This document shows, piece after piece, positions 51,267 through 63,240 of a DNA stretch of 64,000 bases. Each line of letters begins with the position of its first letter. Positions within the stretch are counted from its first letter, which is position 1. Both the position numbers and the translations under genes were made by a program. The DNA is from Octopus sinensis. Its lineage: Eukaryota. Below the pieces are notes generated by a model. It was not told the DNA's origin and did not search any database. It was given only the letters and a program-made list of their open reading frames with translations. Where the stretch lies: positions 66,216,001 to 66,280,000 of the forward strand of contig NC_043008.1 in NCBI RefSeq assembly GCF_006345805.1, in the 5' to 3' direction.

Positions 51267-54200
51267 TGTCACACAGAGGAATTGAAACTGGAATCATGTG
51301 GTTGGGAAGCAAATGAAAAGCAAACTTCTTTTATTCATTCAATTGGCTACAAGGGCCTTACAAAGAAAGGAAGTTGCAGTCTGGACACGGACATAATGAG
51401 ATGAAATGATTGACGATATGATAATAATGAGGGTAACAGCAATGCCGCCAATTGCTGTTACCCGAGCACATTGTTCTTATAAATACATATTGAGGCAACA
51501 AACCTCTTACATAACAAAACATAAAGGAGGCAATAAACCTCTTACAAGAAAGCCATTATGAGAGAAGCAAACTTCTTGCCTCAAAGAGAAGCCTGTGTTT
51601 TGCAAGTATTTGTTGCAACTTTTTAAATTGAGATCAAACCCTGCCAAGCCACTTTGCCTTTCATCTCTCTGGAGTTGATAAAATACGATATCAGTTATTA
51701 ACTAAGGTGAATGCAATTAAACCTTTCCCTCCCCACAAAAATCGCAGGCAATATGCCTAAATTAGAAGCCATTAGCACCATTGATTTATTTATAAGGCAC
51801 TTAACTGGAAGAATTGTTAGCACACTGAACAAAATTCTTAGTGGTATTTTGTCCATCTTTACATTCTGAGTTCAACTTCTGCAAAGATCAACTTTGCCTT
51901 TCATCACAACCTTAATGATATACTTTTTGACACTAAGCACAAGACCCAAAATTTTGGGGGAGAGGGCCAGTCGATTAGATCAACTCAAGCACACAACTGG
52001 TAGTTAATTTATTGACTCCAAAAGGATGAAAGGCAAAGTCGACCTCGGCGGAATTTGAACTCAGAATATAAAATAAGGACCAGTTGAGGACTGGATCAAT
52101 GTAATCAACTATTCCACTCCCCCAAAATTGCGGGCCTTGTTCTTATAGTAGTAAGGATTATTGTTAGTTTATTAGAAGGCAGCAGGTTGGAAAAATCAAT
52201 GGGGACATTCAGGATAAATGATATGCTCTATTTGTTTTGCTTGTTTACATTCCAAGTTCAAATCCCACGAAGGTCAGCTTTGCCTTTCATGCTGCTCCTG
52301 TCTACTCAGTTGTAAATGGATAACCCTAAAAAGGACTAGCGTCTTATCCAGGGAGAACATTGGCCTGCCTAGCCAGTGGAGTGGCATCATTTGAAAGCTA
52401 CTGCAATACAAGGAAACACACTGTGACCAGTGATGTGTAACAACATCGAATAGTCTGGGTTGATACAGTAATATATATGGATAGACACAAACATGTTAGT
52501 ACCAGCACTATAGGACAACCTAACTCTGAGCCACAATATTTAATGATATTTATAATTCTTTCTACTATAGGCTAAAGGTCTGACAATATTCAGAGAGAGA
52601 GAGGCTAGTCAATTACAACAACACAAGTGCTCAATTGGTACTTATTTTAATGGTCCTGAAAGGATGAAAGGCAAAGTTCACCAGGGTGAGGGTGAGATGT
52701 GAATTCAGAATGTAGAGCCAGAAGAAATGCCACTTAGCATTTCATCTGATGCATTAAGGATTTTGTCAGCTCACAACCTTAATGATATACTTTTTGACAC
52801 TAAGCACAAGACCTGAAATTTTGGGGGAGAGGGCCAGTCGATTAGATCAACTCCAGCACACAACTGGTAGTTAATTTATTGACCCCAAAAGGATGAAAGG
52901 CAAAGTCGACCTCGGCGGAATTTGAAGTCAGAATATAAAGACAAACGAAATACTGCTAAGCATTTCGCCCAACATGCTAACATTTCTACCAGCTTGCTGC
53001 CTTACACACCCTTAATGATGTAATAATTACAATTCATTCTCGTTGTTTAGTTCTGGGTCAATTCTGATTGGGCAAATTAATGATCAAAGGTACTCCAGCT
53101 GGGGCCATCATATCTTTTTAAGGCTATCTATGACACAATTTAATGTACCATCATTTTCCATTTTAAGACAGCAAGAGTGTTATTTAAAATAGTTTTGACT
53201 GTTATTTCTAGCATGAATCACGCAGAGGCTCCTCCATTGACTTATATCATCATCATCATCATTTAGCATCCATTTTCTATGCTAGAATGAGTAAGATGCT
53301 TTGACTGGAGCCAGTAAACCAGAGAACTACAGCAGGCTCCAGTCTGTTTTGGCTTCGTTTCTATGACTACCTTTCTAAATACCAACCACTCCACAGAGCG
53401 TAGTGGGTGCCTTTTCTGTTTCACTGGCATGGGTGCCTTTTAAATGTCACACAGAGGAATTGAAACTGGAATCATGTGGTTGGGAAGCAAATGAAAAGCA
53501 AACTTCTTTTATTCATTCAATTGGCTACAAGGGCCTTACAAAGAAAGGAAGTTGCAGTCTGGACACGGACATAATGAGATGAAATGATTGACGATATGAT
53601 AATAATGAGGGTAACAGCAATGCCCGCCAATTGCTGTTTACCCGAGCACATTGTTCTTTATAAATACATATTGAGGCAACAAACCTCTTACATAACAAAA
53701 CATAAAGGAGGCAATAAACCTCTTACAAGAAAGCCATTATGAGAGAAGCAAACTTCTTGCCTCAAAGAGAAGCCTGTGTTTTGCAAGTATTTGTTGCAAC
53801 TTTTTAAATTGAGATCAAACCCTGCCAAGCCACTTTGCCTTTCATCTCTCTGGAGTTGATAAAATACGATATCAGTTATTAACTAAGGTGAATGCAATTA
53901 AACCTTTCCCTCCCACAAATCGCAGGCAATATGCCTAAATTAGAAGCCATTAGCACCATTGATTTATTTATAAGGCACTTAACTGGAAGAATTGTTAGCA
54001 CACTGAACAAAATTCTTAGTGGTATTTTGTCCATCTTTACATTCTGAGTTCAACTTCTGCAAAGATCAACTTTGCCTTTCATCACAACCTTAATGATATA
54101 CTTTTTGACACTAAGCACAAGACCCAAAATTTGGGGAGAGGGCCAGTCGATTAGATCAACTCAAGCACACAACTGGTAGTTATTTATTGACTCCAAAAGA

Positions 54201-54855
54201 TGAAAGGCAAAGTCGACCTCGGCGGAATTTGAACTCAGATATAAAATAAGGACCAGTTGAGGACTGGATCAATGTAATCAACTATTCCACTCCCCCAAAA
54301 TTGCAGGCCTTGTTCTTATAGTAGTAAGGATTATTGTTAGTTTATTAGAAGGCAGCAGGTTGGAAAAATCAATGGGGACATTCAGGATAAATGATATGCT
54401 CTATTTGTTTTGATTGCTTACATTCCAAGTTCAAATCCCACTAAGGTCAACTTTGCATTTCATGTTGCTCCAGTCTACTCAGTTGTAAATGGATAACCCT
54501 AAAAAGGACTAGCGTCTTATCCAGGGAGAATATTGACCTGCTTAGCTAGTGGAGTGGCATCATTTGAAAGCTACTGCAATACGAGGAAACACTGTGACCA
54601 GTTATGTATAACAACATCGAATAGTCTGGTTGATACAGTAATATATATGGATAGACACAAACATGTTAGTACCAGCACTATAGGACAACCTAACTCTGAG
54701 CCACACTATTTAATGATATTTATAATTCTTTCTACTATATGCTCAAGGTCTGACAATATTCAGAGAGAGAGAGGCTAGTCAATTACAACAACACCAGTGT
54801 TCAATTGGTACTTATTTTATCGGTCTAGGGTGAGATTTGAACTCAGAATGTAGAG
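51267..54855 (+). repeat. Direct duplication 51267-52717 vs 53445-54855
   Basis: Collinear; first ~950 bp differ mostly by homopolymer indels, last ~450 bp by many substitutions and one deletion. Confidence 0.92.
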
Positions 54856-54885
54856 ATTATAAACCAGTAGTAGTAGTCATCATCA

Positions 54886-56616
54886 TCATTGTTCGACCAT
54901 GGTCGAGACAATGGAATTTACCATGCTACGCCAGACTTCACGGTCCATCATGGCATTACAGAGGTCCTGTTGCTGGATGCCTGTATCCCTCGAGATTACA
55001 TCAGGGTAGGAGAGTGTGCGCCCTCTGTTATTGTGAGTAGATGGCTTCCAGTGGAGAAGAGTAGAAATTACTTCTTTTTCAGCTCTACAACAATGTCCAG
55101 CAAACTGGACTCTCCTACCTTTCACAAGAGATGACACAGGTGGTAGTTTCCCATATATTTGCATTTTGGTTGGATGGCGCCTCCATGAGAGATTTTGAGC
55201 TCTCATAACGAGGCGAGTGTAGGTTCCATCCAACCGCCTCTCAAGCTTCTTTGATAACGTCCAGGTTTCTGAGCCATATAGTAGAATTGGTTCGACTGTG
55301 GATTTGAATATTTCAAGTTTGAAGTCTCTACTTAGATTTGATGACCAGATCTTATGCATGTCATTACAGGCTGACCAGGCCATACCCTTTCTAGTTAGAA
55401 AGTCTTTTCCAGATGATGATATGTATGACCCAAGATATCTATAATCAGAAACCATATTTAAGGGCGCATTGTTGAGAGTATGGATGATGCAATCACTGTT
55501 GGACAGGCACTTGTTTATGTATTCAGTTTTGGCCTCATTGAGGTAAAGACCTACACAATTTGAGGCTTGTTCAAGAGATTGTAAAAGAGACTGGACATTG
55601 GAGAGAGAATCACTGATAAGAGCGATGTCGTCAGCAAAGTCAGTGTCTGTCAAGTACTCAGCTGGGTGTCTGGAACTTCTTCTTGGTTTTATTTCAAAGC
55701 CCTTGCCAGAGATGATATCAACTGACATACGTAGCACATAATTAACAACAATGATGAAAAGAAATTGGGCGAGTGTGTCTCCCTGCAGTATTCCGGCTTT
55801 GATTGAGAAAGATGATGTTTCTCCGTCAGGGGTTAAGATGGTTGAAGACGTATCTGTGTAGAGGACCTTGATGGCAGAAATGATTTTGTCTGGTATCCCA
55901 TAGAGCTTAAGGATTTCAAACATCTTATACCTATCTACAGAATCGAACGCTTTAGAAAAGTCTACAAATACCATTGCAAGATCGCGATTAAATGCTTTTG
56001 ATTCTTCAATAAGTCTGCGTAGGCATAGTATCTGGCTCAGCGTTGAGCGCCCATGTCTGAATCCATTTTGGTTCTTTGGGAGCAAAGGTTCAACAAAAAG
56101 GACAAGACGATTTAGGATCAGTTTGCTGTACAGTTTTGCAGCAATTGACATTAGAGATATACCCCTGTATTTGGTGACGAGGGATAAATCGCCTTTTTTA
56201 GGTATTGGAATGATTTGAGATTGGTGCCAAATCTTTGGAGCGACAAAGGTGAAAAGTGTGTGGTTGCAGAGGTTGAGCAAAAGTGTGTGAAATCTATCAT
56301 CCTTCCAAATTACAGCTGGGATGTTGTCGGGACCAAATGTTTTCGAGGCTTTTAGTTGCTTGGTGGCTGCTGTTAGTTCAAATATGGTAAAAGGGGAGGT
56401 GTTGATGTCCAGCGTGTCTGATATAGGCACACTTGGAAGAGTGGGGTTATCAGGGATTTTGGCATTCTTCCCAAGGAGGTTTTTAAAATGGGTTGACCAA
56501 TTTTCTAAACGCTTCTTAGCTGATCCCCCTTTAATTCTAATTGATGACCCAGAATTTTTGCCTGATAGGTCTTTGATGGATTTCCAGGCAAGATGGTGTT
56601 TTTTACTAATGTGCTC
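54886..56616 (-). CDS. RTE-clade non-LTR retrotransposon reverse transcriptase, 5'-truncated, uninterrupted 576 codons
   Basis: GPDNIP, IPIPKKGD...YRGISL, QNGFRHGRST, FVDFSKAFDSV, GILQGDTLA, DFADD, YLGS, LLYGSETW; stop runs directly into a (TGA)n tail; ORF-track N-terminus is microsatellite read-through. Confidence 0.95.
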   Translation of the reverse strand, partial: EHISKKHHLAWKSIKDLSGKNSGSSIRIKGGSAKKRLENWSTHFKNLLGKNAKIPDNPTLPSVPISDTLDINTSPFTIFELTAATKQLKASKTFGPDNIPAVIWKDDRFHTLLLNLCNHTLFTFVAPKIWHQSQIIPIPKKGDLSLVTKYRGISLMSIAAKLYSKLILNRLVLFVEPLLPKNQNGFRHGRSTLSQILCLRRLIEESKAFNRDLAMVFVDFSKAFDSVDRYKMFEILKLYGIPDKIISAIKVLYTDTSSTILTPDGETSSFSIKAGILQGDTLAQFLFIIVVNYVLRMSVDIISGKGFEIKPRRSSRHPAEYLTDTDFADDIALISDSLSNVQSLLQSLEQASNCVGLYLNEAKTEYINKCLSNSDCIIHTLNNAPLNMVSDYRYLGSYISSSGKDFLTRKGMAWSACNDMHKIWSSNLSRDFKLEIFKSTVEPILLYGSETWTLSKKLERRLDGTYTRLVMRAQNLSWRRHPTKMQIYGKLPPVSSLVKGRRVQFAGHCCRAEKEVISTLLHWKPSTHNNRGRTLSYPDVISRDTGIQQQDLCNAMMDREVWRSMVNSIVSTMVEQ

Positions 56617-56655
<39 letters not shown>

Positions 56656-57334
56656 CAGCAGCAGCAGCAGCCATCCAAGAATTTGGACCTGGAGATCTCC
56701 ATTTCCAGTGACTTCGAGGGCCACCGTCCAGTAGTGTCGGGCGTCAACGAAGAGCCCTTGACTACAAGACGACCAAAGTTTTGTTTTTCTTTCCTAAGGT
56801 CTGGGGTCTCCCGCCCCTAAGCCCTAGACCATCACCTAATCACCCTTACCCGTCTTGTTGCTTAACAACAACAACAGCAGCAGCAGCAGTGGCAGCAGCA
56901 GTAGCATCAGCAGTAGCATCAGCAGTAGTAATCACCTTGACACACATGCAACATACACACACACACGCGCGCACGCACACACACGCGCGCACGCACACAC
57001 ACACACACATTCTTATATGGAATTGGAAATACAAACAGGAGACACAGAACTCAGTACACTGAATCGAGTGCTTACATTATTTTATTAGAGCCAAGAAACT
57101 ACCAGAGTGAATCATGAGCAAAGAGTTTCCTGCAAATGCAATTATCAAATAACCAAAGTCTGGTAAGTACACTTGCTCAAAAATCTTGCCCCATAAATTC
57201 ACTGCTGTAGTTTTTCTTGAATCATTAGATTACCTCTCCCTTCTCGTTTGGAGCTAATCTCAGATGCCATCAAGTGATTGGTCTACCCTCTCTGGAAGCA
57301 AAGATCATTTCAATCAAGGAAAAGGAAAGATTGT

Positions 57335-57780
57335 GTGGTAAGAAGTTTGCTTCCCAACCACATGGTTTTGAGTTCAGTCCCACTGCTTGGAACCTTGGAC
57401 AAGTGTCTTCTACTATAGCCCCAGGCTAAGTGAAAGCCTTATTAGTGAATTTGGTAGATGGAAACTGAAAGAAGCCCATCATATGTGTGAGCATGTGTGT
57501 GTGCATGTATGTGTGTGTGTGCATGAATATGTGTGTGTGGGTGTATGTGTGTGCGTGTATCTATGTATGGGTCTTTGTGTCTGTCATCCACCACTGTTTG
57601 ACAACTGATGTTGGTTTGTTTACATCCCCATAACTTGGAGGTTTGGCAACAAAGAAACAAGGGACCAATTGAATAAGTACAAGGCTTAAAAAATATAAAG
57701 TTGATTTGTTTGACTGAACTCTCCAAGATGATGTCCCAGCATGGCCACAGTCCAGTAGCTGCAACAAGTAAAAGAATATA
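57335..57780 (+). mobile_element. Older family A SINE
   Basis: Degenerate head, CORE region, central (TG)n, tail. Confidence 0.8.
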
Positions 57781-58330
57781 TTTTGTATATATCATTTAAT
57801 ATACAAATATTTCTCTTTGTCCAAATACACCTCACTGGCCATTCTGAGTTTATTTAGCTTATTTTTTTTTCATTTATGTAAATCGGAGTGCTATTTGTTT
57901 TTATATGCTTAAGTGCTTAAGAGATAAAATAAAAGAACTGCTGTGCTGATGACACATACAGAGGCAGAAACATGTGTCCTCTTGTATTCTGACAATTAAA
58001 CTGTTTTGTTCCCTAGTGGCATGCCAATTTTGGAGAATTCTTGGAGAATTATTGAAATTATTTCCCCTTCACACTTTGATTCGGTATCAATTGCTACCAA
58101 GTGATTGCTCTTACCCTCTCTGGAACTGGAAGTGATTTCAATAAATCAAGAATTTATCTTGTGTGTTATGTTAGATAACCTTAATTTTCACTGTTGTTCA
58201 AATACATGTCACACTCCATTCTGAGTTATTTTTACTTAGCTCATTTTTCATTTAATATATATATATGCACACACATACACACACATCTATCTATCTATCT
58301 ATCTACCTACCTACCTACCTACCTACCTAC

Positions 58331-58422
<92 letters not shown>

Positions 58423-59242
58423 GTCTATCTATCTATTTATGTAGTTATCTATCTATATCTCCTCTCTCTCTCATGTGTGTGTGTGTTTGTGTGTGTCTGT
58501 GTCTCTGTGTGTGGGTATCCCGCATACATGAACACATGTACATCAGCTTAATCTTACTCATACATACTCCTGTATGCATTATACTTCCTCAAATGTTTCC
58601 CAATGTCCTTCACACTTCTTTCATTCACACATTTACACCCAAACACTCACACATACACACATGCAAATGTACATACCCGCACTTTCTCACAACTTTAAAC
58701 CAATGCCCTTCACACACACACACACACAAACACACAAACAGACGAAGTCTCGTCTAGCACCTTTAAACAAGGAGATGCTATCCATTATTAAATTCCCTAC
58801 AGAGAATGGTTAGTGTCAGTTTTGACATATTTCACTTCCAACACAACTATATTTTAGACGAAAACAAACCATATTTTAGGTGTAAAAATAAAAAAAAAAT
58901 AAAAAAATAAAAAGTTAAATTTGTCTGAACACGGCATCACTAATGGAATTTATTGATAAAGCAACAACAACAAAAGCAATAATATTAACAACAACAACAG
59001 AATAACAGCAACGCAAAAACTCCTTAACATAACTCTTCTCACTCAGATAGCTTAATGTAAAATGGAGAGTTAACATGACGGCACGAAAACAAAAAACAAA
59101 AACATTCCTGGGAGATTTTCCACCAAGATATAGGACAAGACTATTGTAATAACCTGAATTTCAAGATTTTTCATTTTGATTTCTTTTCTCTTCTTCTGTT
59201 TTTATATATATATATATATACAAGCAAATATATATATATGCA

Positions 59243-59290
<48 letters not shown>

Positions 59291-59408
59291 ATACATACAT
59301 ACATATACTTACAAATATACATACACACACACAGATAGATGGATAGATAGATAAATATTTACATATAGATATACATATGTATATGTAGATACATGCATAT
59401 ACATACAT

Positions 59409-59442
<34 letters not shown>

Positions 59443-59494
59443 CATCATCATCATCATCATCGTTTAACGTCCGTTTTCCGTGCTAGCACGGGTT
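59443..59494 (-). mobile_element. Extremely truncated RTE tail inside (TA)n
   Basis: (cat)n-cgtttaacgtccgttttccgtgctagcacgggtt with TA repeats on both sides. Confidence 0.85.
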
Positions 59495-59768
59495 ATATAT
59501 ATACACACACAAACACACACACAGACACACATAAACACACACACAGATAGAGAGATAGATAACTTTATTATATAAATCAATAAATATTTACATATATTCT
59601 GTTGTGTCTGGGGAGAGTCATTTTCTTTTTGTGCCTTATAATATAACACACACACCGGTAAAATTTCCACTTTTTTCTTATTTTTACTTTTCTAAAATTT
59701 TCGTTGAGTCTTGCAACCTTTTCAATAGTTTTGACTCTCTTGCAAACCAAATCCCAAAACGAAATATT

Positions 59769-59805
<37 letters not shown>

Positions 59806-60166
59806 GTCTATACATGCATATATAAACATATATATGTACACACAAACACACACACATACATGCACTTACACAAACATGCATGCGTACATGTGTGCACACA
59901 CACACACACACACATATGTATGCATGTATGTATATGTACATATATATGTAATCCCAGGACGTAGACAAAGAATGAATTTAGCTCATGTTTTTATAAATTA
60001 CAATTCATCATCATTATTATCATTTAACATCCACTTTTGATGTCAGTACATGTATGCATGTAGATAATTCTATGTGAAAAGTTACACAATATTTGCGGCT
60101 GATTACATTAGTGACTGACACTTCACCAGACATGCATCGAAAGAAGTACTCTTACATATATATATA

Positions 60167-60210
<44 letters not shown>

Positions 60211-60259
60211 CATCATCATCATCATCAAACGATGATGATGATGATGATGATATATACAT

Positions 60260-60349
<90 letters not shown>

Positions 60350-60647
60350 TATTACATATATATATACATACATATATATAAATATACATATATACAATAT
60401 ATACATGTCTCATTTCTCTGTTTTTTGCGTTGTTCAAAAAAAAGTTTGTTTTCTGTTTTTGTTTTTATGTTTACGTTTCTCATTGTGTTCAACGTTTTTT
60501 TGATGTCTTATATATTTACATATATATGTAGGTATGTACATATTTGTATATATGCATATATTTATATATTATTTATATTATTATATGACCGAACGACACA
60601 CATCTTTATCCAAGTAAGTTTTATCTATATATATATACGCATATATA

Positions 60648-60948
60648 TGAGGTCTGATCAATAAGTATCCAGACTGTCACTATAGTAACGCAGCTAAAGT
60701 ATGCGGAGTGAAGCCGCTTGGCACAGATTCATCTGCATGCGCACTAAGTTTCAACATTCTTGGAAGGATCACACACTACACACCTTCCTTCCAAGCACTG
60801 CTGTAAACAGTGAAAGTGAGCTAGAATGCTAAAACGTAGTGCACATGCACAGCAGAGTTCAAAGTCAGTCTGTGCCAAACAGCTTCACTCTGTGTACTTT
60901 AGTTTCGTTACTATGGCAACAATCCGGATACTTATTGATCTGACCTCG
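60648..60948. mobile_element. Tc1/mariner-type MITE with ~80-bp TIRs
   Basis: (t/c)gaggtc(t/a)gatcaataagtatcc at both ends in inverted orientation; TA flanks. Confidence 0.85.
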
Positions 60949-61083
60949 TATATATATATGAGATGGTGTACATTTTTCACTTGCAATTTATTCATTATAT
61001 ATACATAGAGATTATATCATGTGTGTATATATATGTATGTGTGTGTTGTGTGTGTGTGTGTGTCTGTGTGTGTGTCTGTGTGT

Positions 61084-61345
61084 GAAGGCACATGGCTCAG
61101 TAGTTAGAGTGTCAGGGTCATAATCATGATGTAGTGAGTTCAACTCCTGGACCAGGCTGGGTTGTGTTCTTGAGCAAGACACTTTACTTCACATTGCTCC
61201 AGTTCATTCAGCTGTAGAAATTAGTTGCAATGTCACTGGTGCCAAGCTCCATTGGCCTTTGCCTTTCCCTTGGATAACACGTTGGTTTGTTTGACTAAAA
61301 CCCTTTAAGGCGGTGCTCCAGCATGACCATAATCAAATGACTGAA
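61084..61345 (+). mobile_element. Older tRNA-SINE with family A-like tail
   Basis: gaaggcacatggctcagtagttag head, gttgtgttcttgagcaagacac body, gcggtgctccagcatg tail. Confidence 0.65.
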
Positions 61346-61532
61346 AAAAGTAAAAGAATAAAAGGACATACTTGAGTTGGCTAAAAAAAGTCTTCAAGTG
61401 TTGCCCCAGCATGGCCTCAGTCTGATAATTGAAACAAATAAAAAAAAATGAAAGATAAAAGATGTTTATTATGTGTAATCATCAGTCATATAAACATCAT
61501 CACCAACAGCATCATCAAGCATCATTATCATT

Positions 61533-61563
<31 letters not shown>

Positions 61564-62252
61564 AGCTACATCATCATTAATCAATGGTTGTTGTTGTTGT
61601 TGTTGTTGTTGTCATTGTTGTCATCGTTACTATGATCCTCCATGTTTTGTCTACGTATGATTCTGTGAGTTAGTTGTGTCTACCTGATCACAACAATCAC
61701 CATAGCAACAGAGTAGAGAACTGGCAATGATGTTCTGGTTGAACTGCAGTCATTCTGCACTTCATTGCACAGTTGGCTGACTTAAAAGGGTTGAAGAGAA
61801 AGAAGATAAAAACAACATCACTGCCATCATCATCATCATCATCATCATCATCATTATCGCTATCATCATCATCATAGATATCAACGTCATTATTATTGCC
61901 ATCATTATCATCATCTTCATCATACATATCTGTGTGTGTGTATGTGTGTGTGTGAGTGTGTGTGTATGTGTGTGTGTGTGCGTATGTGTGCCCGTGCTAT
62001 TATATGCTACTATCATATACTACAGAATAACCCAATAGAACTTTATGTAGTGGAGAAAGTATGAAACATAACTGTGTTAAAAGTTCACTTCTCATCTACA
62101 TGGTTTCAGGTTCAGTTCCAGTGTTTGGCAAATGTCAACTACAACAGTCTTGATCTGATCAAAGCCTTCTGAATGGTTTTGGCTGACAGTAACTGGAAAA
62201 ATACTGTAAGCCTGTCATATACATACATATATATATATATATATATACATAG

Positions 62253-63225
62253 AAGAGAACAAGGTGTACATTACGCCGCAATAATATATGTATAAAAAAT
62301 ATATATAACAATACAAAATGGGACAAGAACGCAAAACATTCAAATAGACGACACAAAAAACAGACAGGTCATTCGAAGCATCTAATCTTCAGTCAAGAAC
62401 CGGATCATCCTCACAATTTCGGCTGATTAATCTTGAGATCGCTCTGATCCGGCCAGCCCCAAGGAAAAACTAAGCTATGAGCATTAGATTTCTTGGAAAA
62501 AGGATCGAATATATATGAAACAAGGAGAGAAAAACAGACGATGCCACACGAATATAAATACAAAACACAATAATAATAATAACAGGACAAAAACAACAGG
62601 TGTCTTTCGATTTTGGACAGTTCAACTTAGCTTAGCTGGCATATTTGGAAAATAATGCCTTACGGCAGGCGAAGAAGTCGATGTTGTGGCGGTGCTCAGA
62701 AGCCAAAAGGCTAGTTGACCGGCGGTCACATGAGAAGAGAAGAGAGAGGAAAAAAGGGGGAAAGGAATCAAAGAGAGGGAGAAAAAGAGGGACAAAGGCA
62801 CCAAAGAGGGGGAGAGGAGAGAGAAAGAAGGAATTAAAGAGGGGAGAAAAAAGAGAGCGTGCCAAGGATTGGCGGGACAACAGAAAGGCAGGGTCAGTGA
62901 GGTGCAAATTGAGAAAGACAGAGAAATGTGAGAGAGTGGGGGAAGAGGAGACCAAAGAATCAGAGGTGAGAAAAGAGAAAGACAGAGACTAGTGAAGTAT
63001 AGAGAAAGTGTGTGTAGAAGTTGTACAAGTAGTGGGATGCTTACATACATAAGAGAACAAGATGTACGTTACGCCGCAATAATATATGTATAAAATAAAT
63101 ATATAAAAATACAAAATTGGACAAGAACGCAAAACATTCAAATAGACAACACAAAAAATGGACGGGTCATTCGAAGCTTCTAATCTTCAGTCAAGAACCG
63201 GATCATCCTCACAATTTCGGCTGAT
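62253..63225 (-). mobile_element. Non-coding element with 175-bp direct repeats (Penelope-like pLTR or retrozyme-like), in (TA)n
   Basis: 62253-62427 is similar to 63051-63225, period about 798 bp; CT-rich interior; CTGAAGA on the minus strand in each repeat. Confidence 0.7.
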
Positions 63226-63240
63226 GATAAATATATATAT

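Noticed and set aside
56617-56724. ORF-track N-terminus MALEVTG...poly-Leu on the RT
   Set aside because: Non-ATG start reading through a (CTA/CTG)n microsatellite; not part of the LINE protein
57940-57985. CTGATGA...GAAACATGTGTC hammerhead-like string
   Set aside because: No stem I or stem II complementarity; likely chance
59695-59735. Minus-strand gttgc-aagac-tcaac-GAAA resembling an HHR 3' half
   Set aside because: No CUGANGA core upstream (ctattga) and no stem I
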